Below are positions 1-9,426 of a stretch of 64,000 bases of DNA, in pieces (position 1 is the stretch's first letter; every line of letters starts with the position of its first letter). The notes beneath the pieces are model-generated. The model did no database searches and was not told where the DNA came from. It saw only the letters and a program-made list of their open reading frames with translations. The stretch is from an uncultured Rhodobacteraceae bacterium (GTDB taxonomy: Bacteria > Pseudomonadota > Alphaproteobacteria > Rhodobacterales > Rhodobacteraceae), in NCBI GenBank assembly GCA_937922155.1, contig CAKZVL010000049.1, forward strand, positions 9,004 to 73,003, written 5' to 3'. The position numbers were made by a program, and so were the translations under genes.

Positions 1-1101
1 GAACGTGGCTTTGTCCCCATGCCATGGCTGACGTCTCCAACCGCCTTGCTCCCACTTTGGGCCTTTCACGACGATGGCCGCCCGTTCGCAGGGGATCCCC
101 GTCACGCATTGGCCAACATTGTCGCGCGCTTTGCCGCCCACGGCCTCACCCCCGTCTGCGCGACAGAGATGGAATTTTACCTCGTCGATGACAGCGGCCC
201 TGACATACAGCAACCCAAATCCCCCAGATCCGGAAAACGCCGCGCGGGCGCCAATATCCTCTCCCTCCCCATGCTCGACGGATTTGACGCCTTTTTCAAC
301 GACCTCTACGCCGCCTGCGCAGCAATGGACATCCCGGCAGAGGCAGCCATTTCCGAAGGTGGCGAAGGCCAGTTTGAGGTCAACCTCAACCATGTCCCCG
401 ACGCCCTCAAGGCGGCAGATGACGCTTGGCTGTTCAAAATGCTGGCCCAAGGCCTCGCGCGCAATCACGGCATGGCGGCGACATTCATGGCCAAACCCTA
501 CGCCGACTTTTCCGGCACCGGGCTGCACACACATTTCTCCCTGCTCGATCAGGCGGGGGAAAACGTCTTTGACAATGCCAGCAACCGGGGCAGCGAAATA
601 CTACACCACGCGATTGCAGGCTGCATGGGCGGGCTGGATGATCTGATGTTGATCTTCGCTCCGCACGGCCCCAGCTATGACCGCCTGGTTCCCGGTGCCC
701 ATGCGCCGACCGCCGCCTGCTGGGGCCATGACAATCGCACCACTGGCATCCGTATCCCCGCCGGTGATCCCGCCGCCAAACGCATCGAACATCGCGTTGC
801 AGGCGGCGATGTGAACCCTTATCTGTTCCTCACCGCGGTGCTCGGCAGCGCCTTGATTGGCATCGAACAAAAACTGCCCCCACCCGCCCCGATTGTCGGC
901 AACGCCTACGCTCAAAACCTACCGCAGGTTATCACCAATTGGGCCAGCGCGATTGACGCCTTCGATCAGGGGCCACTGGCACGGCAAATCTTCGCGCCAA
1001 CACTCGTCGACAACTTCCTGCGTACCAAACGACAGGAAATGGAGCGTTTGAAAACCCTGTCAGATCACGAAAAACTGGCACTTTACCTAGACTGCATTTA
1101 G
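1..1101 (+). CDS. Glutamine synthetase-family protein, gamma-glutamylpolyamine synthetase (PuuA/PauA)-like; 5' end truncated by the window edge
   Basis: The frame is open from nt 1. The protein aligns by eye with the paralog at 1836-3188 (GLTP..EMEFYLV, NRTTGIRIP, GGDVNPYL), but about 90 N-terminal residues are missing. Confidence 0.8.
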   Translation, partial: ERGFVPMPWLTSPTALLPLWAFHDDGRPFAGDPRHALANIVARFAAHGLTPVCATEMEFYLVDDSGPDIQQPKSPRSGKRRAGANILSLPMLDGFDAFFNDLYAACAAMDIPAEAAISEGGEGQFEVNLNHVPDALKAADDAWLFKMLAQGLARNHGMAATFMAKPYADFSGTGLHTHFSLLDQAGENVFDNASNRGSEILHHAIAGCMGGLDDLMLIFAPHGPSYDRLVPGAHAPTAACWGHDNRTTGIRIPAGDPAAKRIEHRVAGGDVNPYLFLTAVLGSALIGIEQKLPPPAPIVGNAYAQNLPQVITNWASAIDAFDQGPLARQIFAPTLVDNFLRTKRQEMERLKTLSDHEKLALYLDCI

Positions 1102-1155
1102 ACCACACAAAAAGGATCGCCCCTGCGCATCCAAAACCCCAAGTCACGGTGACCT

Positions 1156-1839
1156 ATGCACATTGGAATTTTACAAACCGGCCACGCTGCGGAGGAAATA
1201 CAATCCACCTCCGGCGATTTTGACGTTCTATTCGCCAAACTCCTGCAAAATGAGGGGCTGAGTTTCACCGCCTATGACGTCGAAAACATGGTTTTTCCAT
1301 CCAAGGTAGGTGAATGCGACGGCTGGCTCGTCACCGGTTCACGCCATGGCGCCTATGAGGATCACCCCTTCATCCCCCCCTTGGAAATCTTCATCCGCGA
1401 CGCCTACAGCGCAGATGTTCCAATGGTCGGCATTTGCTTTGGCCATCAAATCATCGCCCAAGCCCTCGGCGGCGTGGTCGAAAAATTCGAAGGCGGCTGG
1501 GCCGTAGGTCGCCAAAGCTACACCATGGGCGATCAAACCCTCGCCCTGAACGCATGGCATCAGGATCAAGTGGTGAGCGCCCCCAAAGACGCCACCTGCA
1601 TCGCCAGCAACGCATTTTGCGAAAACGCAGCCCTCGTCTACGGTCGCAAAGCCTTCACCGTACAACCGCATCCAGAATTTGACTCCACTGTCGTCCAAGG
1701 ATTGATCGACCATCGCGGCAAGGGCATCGTGCCCGAAGACCAATTGCAAGAGGCCGCTGAAAACCTTGATAAGACCAATGACAACGCAGCCCTCGCCCAA
1801 ATGATCGGGCGGTTCTTCCGCGAACGCGCTCTCCAATGA
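1156..1839 (+). CDS. Class I glutamine amidotransferase (possible gamma-glutamyl amide hydrolase role, PauD/PuuD-like)
   Basis: It has the nucleophile motif GICFGHQ and an HPE triad element (QPHPEFD). Its stop overlaps the next start (ATGA at 1836). Confidence 0.75.
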   Translation: MHIGILQTGHAAEEIQSTSGDFDVLFAKLLQNEGLSFTAYDVENMVFPSKVGECDGWLVTGSRHGAYEDHPFIPPLEIFIRDAYSADVPMVGICFGHQIIAQALGGVVEKFEGGWAVGRQSYTMGDQTLALNAWHQDQVVSAPKDATCIASNAFCENAALVYGRKAFTVQPHPEFDSTVVQGLIDHRGKGIVPEDQLQEAAENLDKTNDNAALAQMIGRFFRERALQ

Positions 1840-3188
1840 ACTGGCGCAAAACGATCCCAGAAGCGGCGAACACCTACCTTGAAAGCACCCGCTTGGATGA
1901 GGTCGAATGCGTTATCGCCGACCTACCCGGCATCGCGCGGGGCAAGGCGGTTCCCGCCTCCAAATGGGAAACGCAAACCCACTTCCACCTGCCCAATTCG
2001 ATCTTCTTTCAAACCATCACAGGCGATTGGGGCGACGATGACGCCGTCGAAGGCTACCTCGAACCCGACATGGTCCTCAAACCAGACCTCGCCACCGCAA
2101 GCGCTGCCCCTTGGGCGGCCGATGGCACGTTACAGGTGATCCATGATGCCTTCGATCAAAAGGGCGCGCCCATCGGCTACGCCCCGCGCAATGTCCTCAA
2201 ACGGGTGGTCGCGGCGTATGTTGCTGCTGGCCTCACCCCTATCGTGGCGCCGGAAATGGAATTTTACCTTGTGGCGCGCAATATCGACCCGGCCAAACCC
2301 ATCGAACCAATGATGGGGCGCACCGGACGACCCGCCGCCGGGCGACAAGCCTATTCGATGTCCGCCGTGGATGACTACGGCCCCGTTATCGACGACATCT
2401 ACGAATTTGCCGAAATCCAAGGCATCGAAATCGACGGCATCACCCAAGAAGGCGGCGCAGGTCAGCTCGAAATCAACCTGCGACACGGCGATCCTGTAAC
2501 GCTGGCCGATCAAGTCTTCTACTTCAAACGCCTGATCCGCGAAGCCGCGCTCAAACACGACTGCTTTGCCACCTTCATGGCCAAACCGATCGAGGGGGAG
2601 CCGGGCAGTGCCATGCACGTGCATCACTCGATCCTCGACAAATCCGGCGACAACATCTTTACCGGGCCACAGGGCGGCGAAACCGACGCCTTCTTTCACT
2701 TCATCGGCGGCTTGCAAGAACACCTCCCCAGCGCAATCGCGGTCCTTGCCCCTTACGTCAACAGCTTCCGCCGCTACGTGCGCGACCACGCCGCCCCGAT
2801 CAATCTGGAATGGGGCCGCGACAATCGCACCACGGGCATTCGCATTCCTCTGTCCGATCCAAAATCCCGCCGCATCGAAAACCGCATCGCCGGCATGGAT
2901 TGCAATCCGTACCTGTGCATCGCCGCATCGCTGGCCAGCGGCCTGCTTGGCCTGCAAAACGAAACCAGACCCGACAAACGCTACCGCGGTGACGCCTACG
3001 ACGCCCAAGACGACATCCCAAAAGGCATGTACGCCGCCCTCGAACTCTTTGACGCCGCCAAGGATTTACATCAAATCATGGGCCCCGACTTCGCGCGGGT
3101 CTACTCGGCTGTAAAGCACGCCGAATACAACGAATTCTTGCAAGTCATCTCGCCTTGGGAACGCGAACACCTCCTCCTAAACGTCTGA
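1836..3188 (+). CDS. Glutamine synthetase-family protein, gamma-glutamylpolyamine synthetase (PuuA/PauA)-like
   Basis: 450 aa with GS catalytic-domain motifs (EMEFYL, QEGGAGQLEIN, NRTTGIRIP, DCNPYL). Confidence 0.85.
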   Translation: MNWRKTIPEAANTYLESTRLDEVECVIADLPGIARGKAVPASKWETQTHFHLPNSIFFQTITGDWGDDDAVEGYLEPDMVLKPDLATASAAPWAADGTLQVIHDAFDQKGAPIGYAPRNVLKRVVAAYVAAGLTPIVAPEMEFYLVARNIDPAKPIEPMMGRTGRPAAGRQAYSMSAVDDYGPVIDDIYEFAEIQGIEIDGITQEGGAGQLEINLRHGDPVTLADQVFYFKRLIREAALKHDCFATFMAKPIEGEPGSAMHVHHSILDKSGDNIFTGPQGGETDAFFHFIGGLQEHLPSAIAVLAPYVNSFRRYVRDHAAPINLEWGRDNRTTGIRIPLSDPKSRRIENRIAGMDCNPYLCIAASLASGLLGLQNETRPDKRYRGDAYDAQDDIPKGMYAALELFDAAKDLHQIMGPDFARVYSAVKHAEYNEFLQVISPWEREHLLLNV

Positions 3189-3209
3189 CACTTATGTCGA
3201 TCTTTTCGC

Positions 3210-3241
3210 ATCATCTTGCCAAAAATACTCCCGCCGGAGGC
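3210..3241 (+). repeat. Conserved post-stop intergenic element, copy A (ATCATCTTGCCAAAAATACTCCCGCCGGAGGC)
   Basis: It lies 22 nt after the stop at 3188. It is near-identical over a 21-22 nt core to the copies at 6075-6105 (minus) and 15561-15592. Confidence 0.7.
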
Positions 3242-3285
3242 AAAATTATTCCAATAATTTTCGCCCCGCTTCAAATGGGCGCGCC

Positions 3286-4590
3286 ATGAACCCACTCTAC
3301 CGCAACGACACCCCCGGAACCTTTCCCGCCAGCTGGTATGCGGCCACCGCCGACATCCCCGATCAACGCCCAGCTCTGCGCGGCGCGCATAGCGCAGATG
3401 TCTGCATCATCGGCGCCGGCTTCACCGGGCTCACCGCCGCCCTCAGGCTCGCTCAGCAGGGACGCCACGTCATCGTTCTCGACGCCCATCGCGCAGGCTT
3501 TGGCGCTTCGGGGCGCAACGGCGGGCAAGTCTCCTCTGGCTTTAACTGGGATCAACACGCCCTCGCCGCCAAACTCGGCGACGGCCCCGCTCGCGCGCTC
3601 TGGGACCTCTGCGAAGACGCCAAAGCCGACCTCGCCGACCTGATCAAATCCCACGCGCCTGAGGCCCGCCAAACCCCCGGCGTCGCCTACGGCATCTACA
3701 CCGACGCAGAACGGCGCAAGGTGCATGATGAGGTTGCGTTCCTGCAAAAAAGCTACGGCTACAACCAAATCACAGCACTGGATCGCGCCGACATCTCCGC
3801 CCTCGTCAAAACCAAAGCCTATCACGGCGGCTCGTTGGACATGGGCGCCAGCCACATCCATCCGCTGCGTTACGTCCTCGGCCTCGCCCGCGCGGCAGAG
3901 GCGGCAGGCGTCACGATCTATGAGGGATCAGAGGTGCACAACATCGCCAATGGCACGCGAGTGAAGGTGCAAACCCCCAAAGGTCACGTCATGGCCGACC
4001 ACGTCATTCTGGCTGGCAACGGCTACCTGCCCAATATGGTCGGGCAAGTCGCAGCCAAAGTCATGCCCATCAACAGCTTCATCGGCGCAACCGCCCCCTT
4101 GGGCGACAAAGCCGCCGACATTCTAACCCGCGACATCGCCGTGGCCGACAGCAAATTCGTGGTGAACTATTATCGCCTGTCCGAGGATAAACGCCTGCTC
4201 TTTGGCGGGCGGGAAAGCTATTCTGTAGGCTTCCCCAACGACATCAAAACCGCCCTCGTCAAACGCATGTGCACCTTGTTCCCGCAACTGACAGGCACCC
4301 CCATCGACTACATCTGGGGCGGCACCTTGGGCATCACGATGACCCGGCTCCCAGCGGTGCAAAAGATCGGGCCAAACATCTGGTCAGCGGCCGGGTTCTC
4401 AGGCCACGGCGTGGCGCTTTCGGGTATGTCCGGGCGCATCTTGGCTGAGGCGATCATGGGCGACACCAACCGCTTTGACACGATGCAATCCCTGCCCGTG
4501 CCAAACTTCCCCGGCGGCGCTGCCTTTCGCGCACCGCTCTTGTCGCTGGCCATGACATGGTACGCCATGCGCGACCGGTTGGGTCTTTGA
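3286..4590 (+). CDS. FAD-dependent oxidoreductase (DAO family; gamma-glutamylputrescine oxidase PuuB/PauB-like)
   Basis: N-terminal dinucleotide fold DVCIIGAGFTGLTAAL, 434 aa, and its position in the polyamine cluster. Confidence 0.8.
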   Translation: MNPLYRNDTPGTFPASWYAATADIPDQRPALRGAHSADVCIIGAGFTGLTAALRLAQQGRHVIVLDAHRAGFGASGRNGGQVSSGFNWDQHALAAKLGDGPARALWDLCEDAKADLADLIKSHAPEARQTPGVAYGIYTDAERRKVHDEVAFLQKSYGYNQITALDRADISALVKTKAYHGGSLDMGASHIHPLRYVLGLARAAEAAGVTIYEGSEVHNIANGTRVKVQTPKGHVMADHVILAGNGYLPNMVGQVAAKVMPINSFIGATAPLGDKAADILTRDIAVADSKFVVNYYRLSEDKRLLFGGRESYSVGFPNDIKTALVKRMCTLFPQLTGTPIDYIWGGTLGITMTRLPAVQKIGPNIWSAAGFSGHGVALSGMSGRILAEAIMGDTNRFDTMQSLPVPNFPGGAAFRAPLLSLAMTWYAMRDRLGL

Positions 4591-4675
4591 TGTCGTTGCC
4601 GCCTACCCCCAACCGCAGGATTGTAAGCGCCTTATCCGCAGCTTAGGGTGCGTCTGAACATCAACGAGGTCGCCC

Positions 4676-6043
4676 ATGAACCCCCATGAACCCAACAGCT
4701 GGGAAGCCCGCGCAGATGCGCATTCCTTTTACGGTTTCACCGATCTTCCCACGATAAATGACCGCGGCACCATCGTTTTGACCCACGGCAAAGGGCCTTA
4801 CGTCTATGACGTGCATGGCCGCCAATATCTGGATGGAAATTCCGGCCTTTGGAACATGTTTGCAGGCTTTGACCACAAAGGATTGGCTGAGGCCGCAAAA
4901 GCGCAATACGACCGTTTTCCCGGCTATCACGCATTTTTCGGGCGGATGTCAGACCAAACCGTGATGCTGTCGGAAAAACTGGTTGAGGTCTCCCCCTTCG
5001 AGAGGGGGAAAGTCTTCTACACCAACTCCGGATCAGAAGCGAATGACACGATGGTCAAAATGCTCTGGTTCCTCGCCGGCAACGAAGGAAAACCCGCGCG
5101 GCGCAAAATCCTGACCCGCGTCAATGGCTATCACGGGGTGACAGCCGTCAGCGCCTCAATGACGGGCAAGCCTTATAATTCTGTATTTGGCCTGCCGTTG
5201 GACGGCTTTATCCACCTGACCTGCCCACACTATTGGCGCTACGGCACAGATGGCGAGACAGAGGCGGAGTTCACCGCCCGCCTCGCCCAAGAGCTGGAAG
5301 ACACGATCGCAAGCGAAGGGGCCGACACAATAGCTGGCTTTTTTGCCGAACCCGTGATGGGCGCAGGGGGCGTTATCCCCCCGTCTGCGGGGTATTTCGC
5401 CGCCATCCAACCGATCCTGAAAAAACATGGGATCCCCCTCATCGCGGATGAGGTGATCACAGGCTTTGGCCGCACGGGTGAGGTTTGGGGCTGTCAAACC
5501 TATGACTTTATGCCCGACGCAATCATCTCCTCCAAAAACCTCACTGGCGGGTATTTCCCCATGGGCGCGGTCATTCTGGGCCCTGACCTGACCGACCGGA
5601 TGCAAGCCGCCGCCGACGCGATCGAAGAATTCCCACATGGGTTCACTGCGTCCGGCCACCCTGTTGGCTGCGCTGTGGCGCTCAAGGCGATTGATGTGGC
5701 CATGAACGAAGGCCTGATCGAAAATGTGAAAGCCCTGACCCCATTGTTCGAAGAAGGCCTCGCCCGATTGTCGCAAAAAGCCAACATCGGCGAATGGCGC
5801 GGCAAAGGGTTGATGGGCGCGCTAGAGGCGGTGCAGGACAAAGACACCAAACAACCCTTTGATGCATCCCTGTCGGTCAGCGAACGCATTGCCAACGCCT
5901 GCACCGATCAAGGGCTGATCTGCCGCCCGCTGGGACAAGCCATCGTGCTATGTCCTGCGTTCATCCTGACGCCCCTCCAGATGGAGGAGATGTTTGATAA
6001 GTTAGAAACCGCGATTGATGGCGTGTTCGCTGAAGTTGGATAG
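4676..6043 (+). CDS. Class III (omega) aminotransferase, polyamine/beta-alanine:pyruvate transaminase (SpuC)-like
   Basis: 455 aa with the ADEVITGFGRTG motif and typical class III length and architecture. Confidence 0.85.
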   Translation: MNPHEPNSWEARADAHSFYGFTDLPTINDRGTIVLTHGKGPYVYDVHGRQYLDGNSGLWNMFAGFDHKGLAEAAKAQYDRFPGYHAFFGRMSDQTVMLSEKLVEVSPFERGKVFYTNSGSEANDTMVKMLWFLAGNEGKPARRKILTRVNGYHGVTAVSASMTGKPYNSVFGLPLDGFIHLTCPHYWRYGTDGETEAEFTARLAQELEDTIASEGADTIAGFFAEPVMGAGGVIPPSAGYFAAIQPILKKHGIPLIADEVITGFGRTGEVWGCQTYDFMPDAIISSKNLTGGYFPMGAVILGPDLTDRMQAAADAIEEFPHGFTASGHPVGCAVALKAIDVAMNEGLIENVKALTPLFEEGLARLSQKANIGEWRGKGLMGALEAVQDKDTKQPFDASLSVSERIANACTDQGLICRPLGQAIVLCPAFILTPLQMEEMFDKLETAIDGVFAEVG

Positions 6044-6074
6044 CTCCAGAGGGGGCGCTGCCCCCGCTGCGATG

Positions 6075-6105
6075 CAGCCCCCCGGAGTATTTTTGGCAAG
6101 ATGAT
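6075..6105 (-). repeat. Conserved post-stop intergenic element, copy B
   Basis: The reverse complement reads ATCATCTTGCCAAAAATACTCCGGGGGGCTGC. It starts 5 nt after the phaR stop (6111) on the minus strand. Confidence 0.7.
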
Positions 6106-6110
6106 GCAAT

Positions 6111-6656
6111 CTAGCCCAGCTTGTTGAGCTTATCCTGCATCGCCTTTAGCTGGGCTTTCATATCTTCAAGGTCGCCCTCGGCGTCGTCGGTCGGTTCTTT
6201 GGCCGGGGCGCCGGCGCCCATCATACCCCCTGTCATCGCTTTCATAAACGCATCTTGCTGGGCGCGCATCGCCTCAAACCCCGGCATCGCCGCCAGCGGG
6301 TTTGCCTTGGTCATGTTTTCCATCGCCTGCGATTGGCCTTCGCGCAATGTTTCAAAACTGGTTTGCAAAAACGACGGCACCACAGAGGCGACTTGGCTGG
6401 TATAGCTGCGCACAAGGTCGGTCAGAATATCAACACCCAGCACGCTTTCGCCTTTGCTTTCGTGTTCTGCGATAATCTGCAACAGGTACTGCCGGGTCAG
6501 ATCATCACCGGACTTCAAATCAACGATCTGCACCTCACGGCCTTCGCGAATGAAAACGGCGATATCCTCAAGCGTCACGTAATCGCTTGTCTCAGTGTTA
6601 TACAATCGCCGACTTGCATAGCGTTTGATCAGCAGCGGTTGGTCTTTGGTGGCCAT
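6111..6656 (-). CDS. phaR: Polyhydroxyalkanoate synthesis repressor PhaR
   Basis: LIKRYASRRLYNTETSDYVTLEDIA is the canonical PhaR N-terminus. I prefer the internal ATG at 6656 (MATKDQP) over the ORF-track start at 6761. Confidence 0.85.
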   Translation of the reverse strand: MATKDQPLLIKRYASRRLYNTETSDYVTLEDIAVFIREGREVQIVDLKSGDDLTRQYLLQIIAEHESKGESVLGVDILTDLVRSYTSQVASVVPSFLQTSFETLREGQSQAMENMTKANPLAAMPGFEAMRAQQDAFMKAMTGGMMGAGAPAKEPTDDAEGDLEDMKAQLKAMQDKLNKLG

Positions 6657-6807
6657 GCCTTGCCCCTCCCCGGGGAATGTTGCGGTTGCAAAAAGCCTAT
6701 GCCGCATGTGCGAGGAAAGAAAGGGGTATGACGCAGTGCCGCAAGAATGTGAATTTAGCACATTTTCCGGCGTTCATTATGGCGAATTAATCAATTCAAA
6801 ACAAAAA

Positions 6808-6841
6808 AGAGACGGAACATCGGGAGGAATGTTCCGTCTCT
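6808..6841 (-). terminator. Rho-independent terminator downstream of phaP
   Basis: A 13-bp stem (AGAGACGGAACAT / ATGTTCCGTCTCT) with a 7-nt loop. It is followed on the minus strand by a T6 run (6803-6808 region). Confidence 0.75.
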
Positions 6842-6915
6842 TGCACGCACGAACCCTAAATTTGGGGTGAAGGTGTTCGCATATGTGACTTACCAATTAC
6901 GCGTTACTGTACCGT

Positions 6916-7365
6916 TTACTTTGCGGCGGCTGTTGCTTTCTTTGCAGCAGCAGTCACTTCAGTTGTCGCCTTTTTGGCAGCAGCTGTCATTTCTTCTGAC
7001 ATGTCTTTGCCAGCGGCCAACATCAGTTCCATTGTCTGTGTCTGAACCTTTTTCGCGATTTCAGCGAAAGCTGCCATTTTTTCTGTCGCTGTTTCTGCAG
7101 ATGCAGATGCGAATTCAGTCATGGACTTTGCGTAATCCGCTGGTTCTGCTTTTGCAGCTGTCAAGGATTGCATCTTGGTCAATGCGTCCTGTGCCCATGC
7201 TGCGGACAGTTCAGTGGATTTTGTTGCCGCGTCCAGGTTTACGGATGACAGCTTTTCAGCCAGGGATGACTGCGTCTTGAACGCGTCTTCCATTGCTTTT
7301 GTGTCAACAGGGAATGAACCCATCATGTCTTTGAAGACAGCTGTGAAATCTTGAGTGTTAGCCAT
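6916..7365 (-). CDS. phaP: Phasin family protein (PHA granule-associated)
   Basis: 149 aa, Ala/Lys/Glu-rich and helical, with the FTAVFKDMMGSFPVD phasin-type N-terminus. It lies between phaR and phaC. Confidence 0.8.
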   Translation of the reverse strand: MANTQDFTAVFKDMMGSFPVDTKAMEDAFKTQSSLAEKLSSVNLDAATKSTELSAAWAQDALTKMQSLTAAKAEPADYAKSMTEFASASAETATEKMAAFAEIAKKVQTQTMELMLAAGKDMSEEMTAAAKKATTEVTAAAKKATAAAK

Positions 7366-7437
7366 TTGATCTATCTTTCCGGTTTACGGAGGCCGCAGCC
7401 TCAGAAGGTTGGTTTTAACTTGAGAGATAGATACATG

Positions 7438-7497
7438 CTGCATCGCGGCATTTCAAGTCTTTTTCTGCATCGCAGCAAAAATAATGCTGCAATTGCA
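7438..7497 (-). promoter_or_regulatory. PhaR-operator-like boxes upstream of phaP
   Basis: An exact CTGC-N3-GCAG (CTGCATCGCAG) lies at 7465-7475. It is flanked by the near matches CTGCATCGCGG (7438-7448) and CTGCAATTGCA (7487-7497). Confidence 0.55.
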
Positions 7498-7552
7498 TAA
7501 TGTCCTGAAAAATCATAATAATTTTAGGCACTTTCCCGGTTATAACTGGAAA

Positions 7553-9358
7553 TCACTCTGTTTTCGGTAAAACATAGGTCCCCGGCGCAGGCCCCAAAAC
7601 CGGATGTGATGGCCCACCTTCCGCACGTGCAGCGATGCGTTTGCCCGATTTTGCCGACAGCCATTTTTCCCATTCCGGCCACCAGCTGCCCTCGTTTTGT
7701 TGGGCATCTTGCTGCCACTCCAGCGGCGCCAGCGTCAGATCTTCATTGCTACGGTATCCGTATTTCACACGGGTCGGCGGGTTGACGATCCCCGCGATAT
7801 GCCCAGACCCCGACAGGATAAACGTCTTATCTTTCGATCCCATCTTTTGAATACCGCGATAGCTGCCTTTCCAGTGGGCAATGTGGTCCGTCTCGCAGGC
7901 AATCGCATAAAGCGGAACGCTTACATCGCTCAAATGCACCAGCGTGTCGCACACCTCAAACCCAGCGCCGTTGGCGAAAGTATCCTGCTGGCAGAGCCCG
8001 CGCAGATATTGCACCGCCATCTTAGCCGGCAGGTTCGTCCCATCCCCGTTCCAATACAGCAGATCAAAGGCCGGCGGCGCCTGCCCCATCATATAGCTTT
8101 TGATCGCAGGCCCATAGATCAGATCATTTGATCGCAGAAAACTAAACGTGCGGGACATATAATACTTGTCCAACACACCTGCCGTCTCCACCTCCGCCTC
8201 GATCCCATCGACGAAATCATCCTCTAGGAACACGCCAACCTCACCGCGGTCAGAAAAATCCGTCATCGTGGTAAAGAACGTCGCGCTGTTCACAGATGTA
8301 TCACCACGCTGCTTCATCAGGGCGAGGGTCAGCGACAGTGTCGTCCCCGCAATGCAATACCCAACCGCGTTCACCTGTTTGACGTCACAAATCTGTTTGA
8401 CCTGTTCAATCGCGGCCAGAAACCCAGACTCCACGTAATCTGTCATCGTCGTGTCGCGATAGCTGCTGTCAGGGTTCACCCACGAGACAACAAACAGCGT
8501 ATAGCCCTGATCCACGATCCATTTGATCAGCGAATTCTTTTCCTTCAGATCAAGAATATAAAACTTGTTGATCCACGGCGGGAACATAATCAGCGGCGTT
8601 TCATACACCATGTCCGTCGTCGGCGTATATTGGATCAATTCGAACAAGTGATTGCGATAAACCACGCTCCCCTTGGTGGTGGCGAGGTTTTCACCAACCT
8701 GAAACGCATCCGCATCGGCCAGCGTGACAACAAGATCGCCGTTGTTCGCCTCCAAATCGCGCACAAGGTTTTCCAGCCCCTTCACAAGGCTTTCACCATC
8801 AGTTTCCGCCGCCAGCGACAAGGCCTCTGGATTTGTCGCCAGAAAATTCGTCGGGCTCAGCATGTCGATGATCTGGCTCGAAAAATACTCCAAACGCGAC
8901 CGCTCTTGCGGCTCCAACCCATCTAGATCGGCCACAGCGGTGCGCATTGCTTCTGCGTTCATCAGATATTGCTGCTTGATAAAGTTGAAATAGGGGTTCG
9001 TATCCCACAACTCATGAGCGAAACGACGATCCTTTGGGCCCTTATCCGCGGGGGATTCAATGCGCCCTTGGACCAGAATATGTTGCGACTCCACGAAATG
9101 TTTGACCGATTTGGACCAAAACCCCAACTGATGCTCCAACAGCTTGGCCGGATTATTCACCATCTCGGCCCAATACGCACTCGCAGCCTTGGCATAAAGG
9201 TCAGGCGAAGGACCGCTCAGGGGCTGCGGCACTTGCCGCCCTTGCTGCATCGCAGAAAGAAGGCGTTGCGTCAGCTCTTCTATTTTACTGAGGTTTTTCT
9301 CAAGTTCCGCAAGGTTTTCACTAGAGATTGCGCCATTTGTGACATCTTTGGTTGTCAT
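7553..9358 (-). CDS. phaC: Class I poly(R)-hydroxyalkanoic acid synthase
   Basis: 601 aa with a lipase-box-like GYCIAG carrying the catalytic Cys, and a typical PhaC N-terminal region. Confidence 0.9.
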   Translation of the reverse strand: MTTKDVTNGAISSENLAELEKNLSKIEELTQRLLSAMQQGRQVPQPLSGPSPDLYAKAASAYWAEMVNNPAKLLEHQLGFWSKSVKHFVESQHILVQGRIESPADKGPKDRRFAHELWDTNPYFNFIKQQYLMNAEAMRTAVADLDGLEPQERSRLEYFSSQIIDMLSPTNFLATNPEALSLAAETDGESLVKGLENLVRDLEANNGDLVVTLADADAFQVGENLATTKGSVVYRNHLFELIQYTPTTDMVYETPLIMFPPWINKFYILDLKEKNSLIKWIVDQGYTLFVVSWVNPDSSYRDTTMTDYVESGFLAAIEQVKQICDVKQVNAVGYCIAGTTLSLTLALMKQRGDTSVNSATFFTTMTDFSDRGEVGVFLEDDFVDGIEAEVETAGVLDKYYMSRTFSFLRSNDLIYGPAIKSYMMGQAPPAFDLLYWNGDGTNLPAKMAVQYLRGLCQQDTFANGAGFEVCDTLVHLSDVSVPLYAIACETDHIAHWKGSYRGIQKMGSKDKTFILSGSGHIAGIVNPPTRVKYGYRSNEDLTLAPLEWQQDAQQNEGSWWPEWEKWLSAKSGKRIAARAEGGPSHPVLGPAPGTYVLPKTE

Positions 9359-9426
9359 ATTAAAATCCTACGCCTACTTTGCAGTTGCAGCATCGGCTTG
9401 GCCCATGCCCCCTCAGGAGTGTTCTA

